Source: a bacterium
GTDB taxonomy: Bacteria > Oederibacteriota > PGYV01
Length of the DNA stretch: 64,000 nt
Direction of reading: 5' to 3'
NCBI GenBank assembly: GCA_029565735.1
Contig: JAKQNO010000123.1
Span: 2,474-66,473, forward strand
The first letter of the stretch is position 1. Every line of letters begins with the position of its first letter. Positions 10,250-18,835 of the stretch are shown here, piece after piece. The position numbers and the translations under genes were made by a program. A model generated the notes under the pieces. That model saw only the letters and a list, made by a program, of their open reading frames with translations, was not told the origin of the DNA and made no database searches.

Positions 10250-10291
10250 AATTCAAAACAAAAACAAGACGCAACATGTTGCGTCTCTACA
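10250..10291 (-). terminator. Rho-independent terminator of the hydrogenase operon, formed by one copy of the palindrome AGACGCAACATGTTGCGTCT
   Basis: On the minus strand the hairpin is followed by TGTTTTTGTTTT. It lies 25 nt downstream of the phosphatase stop codon. Confidence 0.55.
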
Positions 10292-10312
10292 TCAGAGAAT
10301 AAAACAAACCCC

Positions 10313-11500
10313 TTAAACCTCTTTTATTACCACCAGCTTTCCCATCTTCCTTAATTTCTCCGCAAGCATGTTTATTATCACCGCTCTTGGCAGTATTCCA
10401 AGCTGTGTAAACGCAATATCATCATGCCCGGGGTTTTCAGCTTTTCCCAGATAAATATTAATGACATCGCAGACCCTTGCAAGCACGGCAATTTCCGTCA
10501 CGCACGATTCTTTATCCAGCTTTATCCCTTCCAGGTCTATTATGTTATACAGCTGGTTCAATACAACCGCCCCTTCAGTTACCACCTCAATGCCTTTCAT
10601 GATGTATTTGGGAGGCCTGAAAAATCCGGAATACGTTTTGGTAAAGCCGACATTAATCCCGGTTTCCCTGGAAATAATATCCGCGGTTGTGGAACCGCAT
10701 ATAATCTTTATGCCGTCGGCGCGCATAAATTCACGCGCTGCCGCCGCGTCATTTTCACGGGCAGACGGCGGCCCTGTTATTATGTTCATGACCCTGCCTT
10801 TTCTGCAGGAAAAATACGCAGCGCTTGCGTCATCGTGAAGATAACCGCCGGAAAGCGCGGAAGCCCTGTTTATCAGCAGCTGCGGAATATCTTTTTCAGT
10901 GAATCCCAAAGCGTGGTTCGCGTTTACAAATTCCCTTACCCCTTCTTCTGTCCAGCCAAAAGGCAGCTCCCTTCCCATTCCCGCCTGCGTAATCCCGTCA
11001 GTCATCACAAGCAGCCCGTCACCCTCTTTTAAACGTATATTAAGTTCTCCTGTGACCTGTCCCTGCGTAAGGGTAAATTTCATCTTGGGCACATACGCCT
11101 GTTTATTGGTTATTAAAACAGGTCCGGGCGCGTCATAAGTAAGCACAGACGCGGTGCCGTCATTAAGTATCCTGACAACCGTAAACGCGGCATACACGGC
11201 ATTTTGTGTTTCTTTTGCCCTGCGCGCTGTTTTAATTACTGTCCCTGCAGCTTCCTTCACGCTGAAACCCGCTTTTATCATGCGCATCACCGAAGCGCAC
11301 GACATTGCCGAAGCAACAGAAGCTTTTATTCCGGAACCAAGTCCGTCGGCCAGCACGGCAGTTACAGCCTGCGCGTCCCTGAAAATTTCAAAATAATCCC
11401 CGCACGCGGAATAACCTGTTTTAACCGCGCATAAATTATGGCATTCTGTGTAAAGCACGCCTGTTTTATCTTCTGTTTTCATCTTTACCGCCCGCGGCAA
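10313..11500 (-). CDS. PP2C/SpoIIE-type serine phosphatase (HfsC-like) with an extra C-terminal ~160-aa domain of unclear identity
   Basis: N-terminal 230 aa carry GDYF...ADGLGSG...HDD motifs of the SpoIIE/RsbU phosphatase fold. The C-terminal part ends with a second HDDIAF-like motif. Overlaps the 3' end of hydS. Confidence 0.7.
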   Translation of the reverse strand: MPRAVKMKTEDKTGVLYTECHNLCAVKTGYSACGDYFEIFRDAQAVTAVLADGLGSGIKASVASAMSCASVMRMIKAGFSVKEAAGTVIKTARRAKETQNAVYAAFTVVRILNDGTASVLTYDAPGPVLITNKQAYVPKMKFTLTQGQVTGELNIRLKEGDGLLVMTDGITQAGMGRELPFGWTEEGVREFVNANHALGFTEKDIPQLLINRASALSGGYLHDDASAAYFSCRKGRVMNIITGPPSARENDAAAAREFMRADGIKIICGSTTADIISRETGINVGFTKTYSGFFRPPKYIMKGIEVVTEGAVVLNQLYNIIDLEGIKLDKESCVTEIAVLARVCDVINIYLGKAENPGHDDIAFTQLGILPRAVIINMLAEKLRKMGKLVVIKEV

Positions 11501-13160
11501 TTACAAGCCTGTGCAGAAGTTCCTCGCTTTTCGCGGTGTTCTCGCCAAGATAAAGCGCCATATCCTGCGCCATCTTAAGCTGATGGTCAAGCAGCTGTTT
11601 TGCCTGATTAATTGTCTTTTCCTTAAGTTCAGCCAGCCTTTTATCCGTATTTGTAAGCCTTGTAAGGTCAACAAAAATGCCCACGTAATAATTCTCTTCC
11701 TTCATCCTGTAAAAAATCTGGTGGCACGTAATTCCGGCTTTGGGATGCGCGGCTGTTTCCTGTATCATTTCTTCTGTTTCAGACGCAAGCTTTTCAAAAG
11801 GAAGCGGGTCAATTACTTCAGAAATTTGCGCGCCCTGCCTGCCCGCGCACCGAAACATTGCCACAAACGCCGCGTTCATTTTAATTATGTTCATTTCCCT
11901 GTCAACTATCACTATGCCGTTGGGGCTTGTTTCAATAATCCTGTCCGTTCTCTGTTCCGCAAGCCTGCGCATGACAGGAATACACATTTCCGGTTCCGCC
12001 ATCCCTTTTATGACAGCCGCGGCTTTTTCCCTGCAGCTGTTATATCCGCATGCGCCGCAGTTAAGCCTTAAAGCAGGATTGCCTTTTCCGGTTTTTTCAA
12101 GCATCTGTTCAATTTCCGCGTCTGTAATGTCCGCGCCGGATGCGCCTTTAAAAGAGAATTCAGCCCTCATCACGGGTTTAAAATCAGCTTTTGTATTTAC
12201 AGGGGCGGATTCAATGTATTCAGCAAGCCGTTTTTTCGCGGTATAAAAATTAATTTCTTTTCTTCCGCCCGGCCCTTTTACACATCCGCCTTTACAGAAT
12301 AAAGGCTCCATAATAATACCTTCATTGCTTTCAGCAACATTTTCCATGGCCTCTTTAATTTCCGCGTAACCTTCAGGAACGCAGTAATTAACAGACGGCA
12401 GCGCTTCGCCATAAGCTGTTTTTAAAAGCCCTCCGCCAAGCGGATACCATCTTGCGCTTCCCTTTACCGCGCCGTCAAAAAAACTTTCTTCGCAGTTTTC
12501 AAGTTTAATATCCTTTTCTTCAAACATCTTTTCAATCTCTTCAAAAGTAAGCACCGCGTCCAGAAGGCCCGGATATTTTAAAGCTTCTTTTTTCTTTGCT
12601 ATGCACGGCCCTATAAAAACAGGCTTTATTTCACCGGAGTATTTTATAAATAACTCATTGGCGTGCTGAACCATAGGCGATACAACCGGCGTCAGCAGCT
12701 TAACCGCATGTCTGCTGTATTTTTCGGCATATTCCGTAAAAGCCGGGCAGGCGGTACAGATATGCTTTTCTTTTAAATTACCTGCCAGCCTTTTCACGTT
12801 CATGGAAACGTCATACGCGTGTTCCGCGGTTTCTTCAACAAGCTTAAAACCAAGCCTTCTTAAAGCGCCAATAAAACGCAGCCTTTCCCATTTATCATAA
12901 AACGCGGCAAAAGACGGCGCAACCAATGCAGCCGCATTGCCGCTTTCCAGCGCAAGCTTTGCCGCTTCTATCCCGCTTAAATACGCTTTTGCCTTCTGCG
13001 GGCATTCCCTAATGCACGTACCGCAGGCAATACACAGGCTTGCATCCACCTGCGCCTGCCCGTCTTTCATCTTAATGGCTTTTACGGGGCATACTTTAAG
13101 GCACCTGTAACAGTCCATGCACTTTGCAGTAAGCGTGAAAACAACCTGTGTATCGTTCAT
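11466..13160 (-). CDS. hydS: sensory [FeFe]-hydrogenase-like protein with PAS domain (HydS/HfsB-type)
   Basis: N-terminal 2x[4Fe-4S] ferredoxin motifs (CMDCYRCLKVCP, CIACGTCIRECP). Degenerate H-cluster motifs TACPAF, PCIAKKKE, FCKGGCVKGPGG. C-terminal PAS. Confidence 0.85.
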   Translation of the reverse strand: MNDTQVVFTLTAKCMDCYRCLKVCPVKAIKMKDGQAQVDASLCIACGTCIRECPQKAKAYLSGIEAAKLALESGNAAALVAPSFAAFYDKWERLRFIGALRRLGFKLVEETAEHAYDVSMNVKRLAGNLKEKHICTACPAFTEYAEKYSRHAVKLLTPVVSPMVQHANELFIKYSGEIKPVFIGPCIAKKKEALKYPGLLDAVLTFEEIEKMFEEKDIKLENCEESFFDGAVKGSARWYPLGGGLLKTAYGEALPSVNYCVPEGYAEIKEAMENVAESNEGIIMEPLFCKGGCVKGPGGRKEINFYTAKKRLAEYIESAPVNTKADFKPVMRAEFSFKGASGADITDAEIEQMLEKTGKGNPALRLNCGACGYNSCREKAAAVIKGMAEPEMCIPVMRRLAEQRTDRIIETSPNGIVIVDREMNIIKMNAAFVAMFRCAGRQGAQISEVIDPLPFEKLASETEEMIQETAAHPKAGITCHQIFYRMKEENYYVGIFVDLTRLTNTDKRLAELKEKTINQAKQLLDHQLKMAQDMALYLGENTAKSEELLHRLVIAAGGKDENRR

Positions 13161-13182
13161 ATAACACTTCCTCTTTGCGTTA

Positions 13183-15186
13183 TCAGACCGCAGCTTTTAA
13201 CTTACTTTCAATTTCTTTTATCACTGCTTCCAGATCGCCTTTTTCAATAACTTTTTTTCCCACCCTTACAACAGGGCCCCTGTCGCACCTTTCAAAACAG
13301 AATGTAGCCCTTACCTCTGTTTTGTCTTTAAGCCCGTTTGCTTCAAGATGCGCCACAATTTTTTTCATCATGTCCTGCGAACCCCTTATAAAACACCCGG
13401 TACCAAAACACACTTCAATTTTTAAAGCATCCGGAGTCTTGCCGCCGCATACTAAAATACCCTCAGAATCAGTCCTTTTTCTGTTTTTATATGCCGTGTG
13501 CAGAAGTTCGTGCGCCTTTTTATGGTCATTGAAACCGTGATTCTCATATAGTTCTTTTATATAAGGATTTTCCTGAGATTTGTGAAGCTGCTGCATTTTA
13601 TCGTTTTCATAGATACCTTTTGTTCTGTCTTTTCTTATGTCACTTTCTTTATAACATGGCTGGCCGGCGCCGCCTATGCATCCGCCCGGACACGCCATTA
13701 CTTCCACCAGGTCGTACTTTTTTCCGCCCTTTTTAACGTTTTCCAGCATCTTTCTGGCGTTCATAAGCCCGTGAACAATAGCCAGATTATACGTCCTGCC
13801 GTTAAGTTCCACGGACAACTCCCTTATCCCGTCTTCGCCCCTTGCAGTTTTAAACTCGTAACCTTCAAGGGCTGTGCCTGTCGCCTTTTCAGCCACATAA
13901 CGCAGAACCGCTTCTGTTACGCCTCCGCTATTTCCAAAAATAACGCCCGCGCCTGTCTTATAACCCAAAGGCATATCAAAAGATTCCGGCGTAAGGTTCT
14001 TAAAATCAATTCCGCATTCGCCTATCATACGCGCAAGCTCCCTTGTGGTAAGCACATGGTCCACATCCGGAATATTGCCTTTTATAAATTCCGGCCTTTT
14101 GGCTTCAAATTTTTTCGCGGTGCACGGCATTATGGATACAACGCTTAAATCCTGCTGCCTGATATTCAGCATTTTGGGAAGCGTGTCCCTTGCCACGCTG
14201 CCGAACATCTGCTGGGGCGACTTGCAGCTGGAAAGGTTGGGCAAATATTCCGGATAATACTGTTCCGCGAACTTCACCCAGCCGGGGCAGCAGCTTGTAA
14301 ACTGAGGAAGTTTTTCTCCTTTTCCCGCCCTTTCAATAAATTCATTTCCCTCTTCAATAACAGTCAAATCAGCGGTAAAAGAAGTGTCGTACACTTTATC
14401 AAAACCCATCATCTTAAGCGCCGCCACAATGCGCCCTGTGACCGCTTCGCCGGATTTTAATCCGAACTCTTCGCCAAGCGCAACCCTGACAGCCGGCGCA
14501 ATCTGCGCTATAACCGTCTTTTCCGGATTATGTATGTCTTTCCACACGCTTTCAACTTCGCTTTTTATTACAAGCGCGCCGGTCGGGCATACCCTTGCGC
14601 ACTGGCCGCAGTTTACGCATTCAACCTTATTCAGATCTTTGCCAAAGCTTGGCACAACTTCGCACTTACTGCCGCGGAAAGCAAAATCAATGGCGCCTAT
14701 CCCCTGGACTTCGGCGCACATCCTGACGCAGTCGCCGCAAAGCACGCACTTGGAAGGGTCCCTTACTATGCTGTACGCGGAATCATCAACGGGTTTTTCC
14801 GCCGCTTTCTTTTTAAACCGCACCTCTTTTATTCCAAGCCGCCTGGACAAAGTCTGAAGCTGGCAGTGCTCGCTTTTCCTGCAGGTCACGCAGTCGTGGT
14901 TGCCGTTGGCAAGCAGAAGTTCAACAATAATTTTTCTCATATTCCTTATCTCTTCTGTATTAGTCTTAATCTTCATGCCCGGTTCCGGTATGGTGGAACA
15001 TGCCGGCTGAAGCCCCCTGCCTTCCACTTCCACCATGCACAGCCTGCACGCGCCGTATACGGAAAGCTCCGAATGGTAGCAGAAAGTGGGCAGTTCTATG
15101 CCCGATTTTCTTATTATTTCAAGAAGGTTCTTTTCTCCTTCGCACCTGACATCCCTGCCGTCAATTAAAACATTTGTGTTGTCCAT
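13183..15186 (-). CDS. hydA: [FeFe] hydrogenase catalytic subunit HydA (bifurcating, group A3) with C-terminal thioredoxin-like [2Fe-2S] domain
   Basis: H-cluster motifs TSCCPGW, MPCTAKKFE, EVMACPGGCIGGAGQP. N-terminal 2Fe-2S plus 4Fe-4S domains. Confidence 0.9.
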   Translation of the reverse strand: MDNTNVLIDGRDVRCEGEKNLLEIIRKSGIELPTFCYHSELSVYGACRLCMVEVEGRGLQPACSTIPEPGMKIKTNTEEIRNMRKIIVELLLANGNHDCVTCRKSEHCQLQTLSRRLGIKEVRFKKKAAEKPVDDSAYSIVRDPSKCVLCGDCVRMCAEVQGIGAIDFAFRGSKCEVVPSFGKDLNKVECVNCGQCARVCPTGALVIKSEVESVWKDIHNPEKTVIAQIAPAVRVALGEEFGLKSGEAVTGRIVAALKMMGFDKVYDTSFTADLTVIEEGNEFIERAGKGEKLPQFTSCCPGWVKFAEQYYPEYLPNLSSCKSPQQMFGSVARDTLPKMLNIRQQDLSVVSIMPCTAKKFEAKRPEFIKGNIPDVDHVLTTRELARMIGECGIDFKNLTPESFDMPLGYKTGAGVIFGNSGGVTEAVLRYVAEKATGTALEGYEFKTARGEDGIRELSVELNGRTYNLAIVHGLMNARKMLENVKKGGKKYDLVEVMACPGGCIGGAGQPCYKESDIRKDRTKGIYENDKMQQLHKSQENPYIKELYENHGFNDHKKAHELLHTAYKNRKRTDSEGILVCGGKTPDALKIEVCFGTGCFIRGSQDMMKKIVAHLEANGLKDKTEVRATFCFERCDRGPVVRVGKKVIEKGDLEAVIKEIESKLKAAV

Positions 15187-15187
15187 A

Positions 15188-17101
15188 TTAATTGCCTCCT
15201 TTAAAATTAATCGCTTTAAACCTGCAGGTATCTATACATACCCCGCATTTAACGCACTTGCTTTTATTTATTACATACGGCTCTTTAACTTTTCCTGTTA
15301 TAGCTCCTGCCGGGCACACTTTGGCGCACAGCCCGCAGCCCTTGCATAATGCCGGCGTTATAACAACATCCATCAGCCCTTTGCATTCGCCTGCCGGGCA
15401 TTTTTTGTCCTTAACGTGGGCCTCATATTCTTCGGGAAAAAAGCGCATTGTGGATAAGACAGGATTGGGCGCCGTCTTTCCAAGCATGCACAGCGAGCCT
15501 TTATTAATGGCTGCCGCAAGTTCCTTTAAGACAGGTATTGCATTTTCCTGCGCTTTGCCTTCGCATATATCATTCATAATCCACAGCATCTGCTTTGTGC
15601 CTTCCCTGCACAAAACGCATTTGCCGCAGCTTTCGTTTTGTGTGAACTGCATAAAATATCCCGCAATTTTAACCATACACGTGCTTTGATTCATAACAAC
15701 AAGCCCGCCCGAACCCACCATTGCGCCTGCATTTTTCAGATTTTCAAAGTCCAGCTGCAAATCAAGGTGTTTGGCGGTAAGGCAGGCGCCCGAAGGCCCG
15801 CCAATCTGCACGGCTTTAAAATTTGCCTCATCCACTTTCCCGCCTTCGCCTGTCACGCCTCCGGCTATTCCAAATATAATCTCCCTTAAAGTGGTGCCGA
15901 ACGGCACCTCTATAAGCCCTGTATTTGCCACCTGGCCTGTAACAGCAAATGTTTTTGTCCCCGGGGAAGTTTTTGTCCCCATCTTTTTATATTCCTGCGG
16001 GCCGTCGCGCAATATAAGCGGAACGGTTGCCAGAGTTTCCACATTATTAATTACCGTAGGTTTATCCCAAAGGCCTTTCTGCGCCGGAAACGGGGGTTTG
16101 GGTTTTGGCATCCCGCGCTTTCCTTCTACGGACGCCATAAGCGCGGTTTCTTCCCCGCATACAAAAGCGCCCGCGCCTTCCATTACGCTTAAATTAAATT
16201 TTCCGCCTATGCCAAGCATTCGTTCCCCTATAATTCCGGCTTTTACCGCGTCAGCCACGGCTTTTTTCATCCTTCTTACCGCAAGCGGATATTCAGCCCT
16301 TACATAGACAAAACCTTCATCCGCGCCTATCGCGTGCGCTGCAATAGCCATACCCTCTATTACGCTGTGCGGATTGCCTTCCATGACGCTTCTGTCCATA
16401 AACGCGCCCGGGTCGCCTTCATCCCCGTTGCATATAATGTACTTTTTTTCATTTTTCTGAATTCTTGTAAGGTCCCACTTTTTTCCCGTGGGAAAGCCGG
16501 CGCCGCCCCTTCCGCGAAGCCCGCTTTCAAGTACATCGGCGCAGACTTTGGCGGGATCATCCTTAAGCGCTTTTTCAAGGGAAGCGTAACCGCCGGATGC
16601 TATATATTCCGTTATATCTTCAGGGTCAATAACGCCGCACTGCTTTAAGACGTATCTGTGCTGTTTTCTGTAAAAATCAATTTCCGCCTTGTTGACGCAC
16701 ACTTTGCCGTCCGCCGGATTCTTGTACAAAAGCCTTTCTATAACAATACCTTTTTCAATTGTGCTTTTAACAATTTCTTCCGCGTCTTCGGGTTTTACTT
16801 TTGTGTACAGAATATCTTCCGGCATTATGGTGACAAGCGGTCCCATCTGGCAGAAGCCCTGGCATCCGCTTTTGGTTAAATGATTTCCGCCTTTGTCATC
16901 ATGTTTAAGTTCAATTTCAATTTTAATACCTTCTTTTTCCGCAACCGCCTTAACCGCGTCAAACAGCTTAAGGGCGCCGTTGGCAACGCAAGCCGTGCCC
17001 GCGCAGATTATAATTCTGCGCTCTTTTAACTTTGCCCTCATTTCATAATCTTCCTTAACTATTTTTAAATTCACCGCCTCAATTGTCTGCATTGTTTTCA
17101 C
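15188..17101 (-). CDS. hydB: NADH-binding flavoprotein subunit HydB (NuoF-like) of bifurcating hydrogenase
   Basis: 637 aa. GGAGFPTGKKW FMN/NAD motifs, N-terminal Trx-like 2Fe-2S, C-terminal 2x[4Fe-4S]. Confidence 0.9.
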   Translation of the reverse strand: MKTMQTIEAVNLKIVKEDYEMRAKLKERRIIICAGTACVANGALKLFDAVKAVAEKEGIKIEIELKHDDKGGNHLTKSGCQGFCQMGPLVTIMPEDILYTKVKPEDAEEIVKSTIEKGIVIERLLYKNPADGKVCVNKAEIDFYRKQHRYVLKQCGVIDPEDITEYIASGGYASLEKALKDDPAKVCADVLESGLRGRGGAGFPTGKKWDLTRIQKNEKKYIICNGDEGDPGAFMDRSVMEGNPHSVIEGMAIAAHAIGADEGFVYVRAEYPLAVRRMKKAVADAVKAGIIGERMLGIGGKFNLSVMEGAGAFVCGEETALMASVEGKRGMPKPKPPFPAQKGLWDKPTVINNVETLATVPLILRDGPQEYKKMGTKTSPGTKTFAVTGQVANTGLIEVPFGTTLREIIFGIAGGVTGEGGKVDEANFKAVQIGGPSGACLTAKHLDLQLDFENLKNAGAMVGSGGLVVMNQSTCMVKIAGYFMQFTQNESCGKCVLCREGTKQMLWIMNDICEGKAQENAIPVLKELAAAINKGSLCMLGKTAPNPVLSTMRFFPEEYEAHVKDKKCPAGECKGLMDVVITPALCKGCGLCAKVCPAGAITGKVKEPYVINKSKCVKCGVCIDTCRFKAINFKGGN

Positions 17102-17585
17102 CCTCTTTCTTTATGATATTGCCAAGGACTTCCGTAATTTTATCCGCGGTCATCTGGCCGTAAATGTCTTCATTTATAACAACTACTGGCGCAAGGCCGC
17201 ACGCCCCAAGGCACGACACGGTTTCCAGCGTGAAAAGCATGTCATCGGTCGTATTTTTAGCCTGTGTAAGTTTAAGTTTCTTTCTGATGGCGTCTATAAG
17301 AGCTTCGGAACGCTTAACATGGCACGCGGTCCCGTCGCAGACCTTGATGATGTATTTGCCTTTTGGCGCAAGGGCAAAATGCGAATAGAATGTGGCAACA
17401 CCGTATACCCTTGCAGGCGGAATTTTAAGGCATGTCGCCGTAAAATCCATAATCTCTTCAGGAAGATACCTGTATTCATCCTGAATTTCCTGAAGTATGG
17501 GAATTAACCTTGCCGGATTCGCCCCGTTTTTTTCTATTATTTCCATTACCTTTTCAAACTTTTTCTGCATTTCAAGTGTTTTCAT
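17079..17585 (-). CDS. hydC: HydC (NuoE-like [2Fe-2S] subunit)
   Basis: 168 aa with the CDGTACH...C...C thioredoxin-like ferredoxin pattern. Confidence 0.9.
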   Translation of the reverse strand: MKTLEMQKKFEKVMEIIEKNGANPARLIPILQEIQDEYRYLPEEIMDFTATCLKIPPARVYGVATFYSHFALAPKGKYIIKVCDGTACHVKRSEALIDAIRKKLKLTQAKNTTDDMLFTLETVSCLGACGLAPVVVINEDIYGQMTADKITEVLGNIIKKEGENNADN

Positions 17586-17614
17586 GATGTTCTCCTTTGT
17601 CTTATAAATTCCTG

Positions 17615-18259
17615 TTATTTTTCTTTCTGCTGCTTGATTCTCTGCGATAAGACCGCAAGCGATGACGCCAGATTCTCGTTTTGCACAACCACATCCGCCG
17701 GAACGTTAAGCCTTACAGGAGCAAAATTCCACAGGGCTGTAATTCCGTTTTTAACAAACAAATCCGCCATCAGCTGCGCGCTTTCGGCGGGTACTGTAAT
17801 GATACCTATTCCTATTTTATTTTCTTTAACCAGCACGCCTATCTGTTCGGGCGGATAAACCTTCCTTCCTGCCACTTCTTTTCCATGCTTCTTTTTGTCC
17901 TGATCTATCCCGGCGATAATATCCAGCCCGTAATTTTTAAATCCCTGATAACTTAAAAGCGCTTTTCCAAGGTTTCCAACCCCCGCAATAACAGCATTGG
18001 ACATTTTGTTCCAGCCAAGTATGTATTCTATTGCTTCTATTAAAAGCTCCAGGTTATACCCTATCTTTGGCTTTCCGGAAAGGCGCGTGTATTCAAAATC
18101 CTTTCTTACCTGAATAGGTATCAGGTTTAAATCATTTGCAACCGCTGTTGTGGATACATAAACAATGCCTTTCACGGATAAAGACTTAAGGTAATTGCAG
18201 TACGCCGGCATCCTTCTAAGCGTTGGTACCGGTATTGACTGTCTGTCTATCTGCGTCAT
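17615..18259 (-). CDS. rex: redox-sensing transcriptional repressor Rex
   Basis: 214 aa. Winged-helix N-terminus PVPTLRRMPAYCNYL and a Rossmann GVGNLG motif. Confidence 0.9.
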   Translation of the reverse strand: MTQIDRQSIPVPTLRRMPAYCNYLKSLSVKGIVYVSTTAVANDLNLIPIQVRKDFEYTRLSGKPKIGYNLELLIEAIEYILGWNKMSNAVIAGVGNLGKALLSYQGFKNYGLDIIAGIDQDKKKHGKEVAGRKVYPPEQIGVLVKENKIGIGIITVPAESAQLMADLFVKNGITALWNFAPVRLNVPADVVVQNENLASSLAVLSQRIKQQKEK

Positions 18260-18299
18260 TTTGTTCCTCCTTTTACTAATCTTAATAGATAATTTTTTA

Positions 18300-18360
18300 T
18301 CAATATAAATATATCTATTTAAGTCTATTCTGTCAAGTGCTTTTTTTCACAATGATTAGA
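18300..18360 (-). promoter_or_regulatory. Candidate sigma70 promoter for rex (minus-strand TTGACA-17-TATATT) with an adjacent Rex-like half-site TTGTGAA
   Basis: Read from the reverse complement of 18305-18355. Only one half of the TTGTGAA-N-TTCACAA operator is present. Confidence 0.3.
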
Positions 18361-18517
18361 ATAAGTGTTAGATATTATTGTTTTTATGGGATTTATATAA
18401 GATTTTCAATTGCCGGTTTTTTCGTTTTGTTTATATAAAATCAGATGGTTTGTATGTATTTAATCCCCTGCCCCACACGCAACGCGTGTAAGGTTCTATA
18501 CCGGTGACGGATTTACA

Positions 18518-18709
18518 TCACCGTTTTTGCTTTAAATACGCTTCCACTGACCTGTCGTATGTTTTTTCGGCTTCTTTTGAAAAATAACACGCGGGAAGCT
18601 CCCTCATTTTTCTGTGATAATGCAGACATTCGCAGCATTTCCCTTTTCTTTCACAGGGGTAGGTGCAGCTGCACATCTTCAGGTTTTTTTCAAAATTATC
18701 ACAGGCCAT
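18518..18709 (-). CDS. cysteine-rich small protein (metal-binding, zf-like; CxC..C...CCxC..H..C)
   Basis: Start re-assigned to MACDNFEK, which follows a perfect AGGAGG SD. Eight Cys in 63 aa. No catalytic domain. Confidence 0.6.
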   Translation of the reverse strand: MACDNFEKNLKMCSCTYPCERKGKCCECLHYHRKMRELPACYFSKEAEKTYDRSVEAYLKQKR

Positions 18710-18723
18710 TAAAACCTCCTGAA

Positions 18724-18749
18724 CGAGGCATAACATGTTAAGCCTCTAC
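18724..18749. promoter_or_regulatory. Palindrome GAGGCATAACATGTTAAGCCTCTACA in the 5' region of the Cys-rich gene (operator candidate)
   Basis: Third copy of the TGTAGAGG-CGCAACATGTTGCG-CCTCTACA family (also 7198-7224 and 10267-10291). Lies 10-30 nt upstream of the SD. Confidence 0.4.
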
Positions 18750-18835
18750 AATTAAAAATTAAATTGCGCTGATAAATCCAAAACATTTAACTGCCGCACC
18801 TTAAAAGGTGCGCCTACCAAACCTGTCCCCTGTTA

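Noticed and set aside
10424-11032. 202-aa plus-strand ORF inside the phosphatase gene
   Set aside because: It is antisense to a minus-strand gene with clear PP2C motifs. It has no SD or homology.
11466-11500. The 35-bp overlap between hydS and the phosphatase taken as evidence of a frameshifted fusion gene
   Set aside because: An alternative internal start (MKTEDK) shortens the overlap. Overlapping stop and start codons are common for coupled genes here (ATGA overlaps at 1359, 8850, 39260). There is no evidence of a frameshift.
18260-18517. Full Rex operator (TTGTGAA-N-TTCACAA) upstream of rex
   Set aside because: Only one convincing half-site (TTGTGAA/TTCACAA) next to a TTGACA -35 was found. 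The partner half is too degenerate to call.
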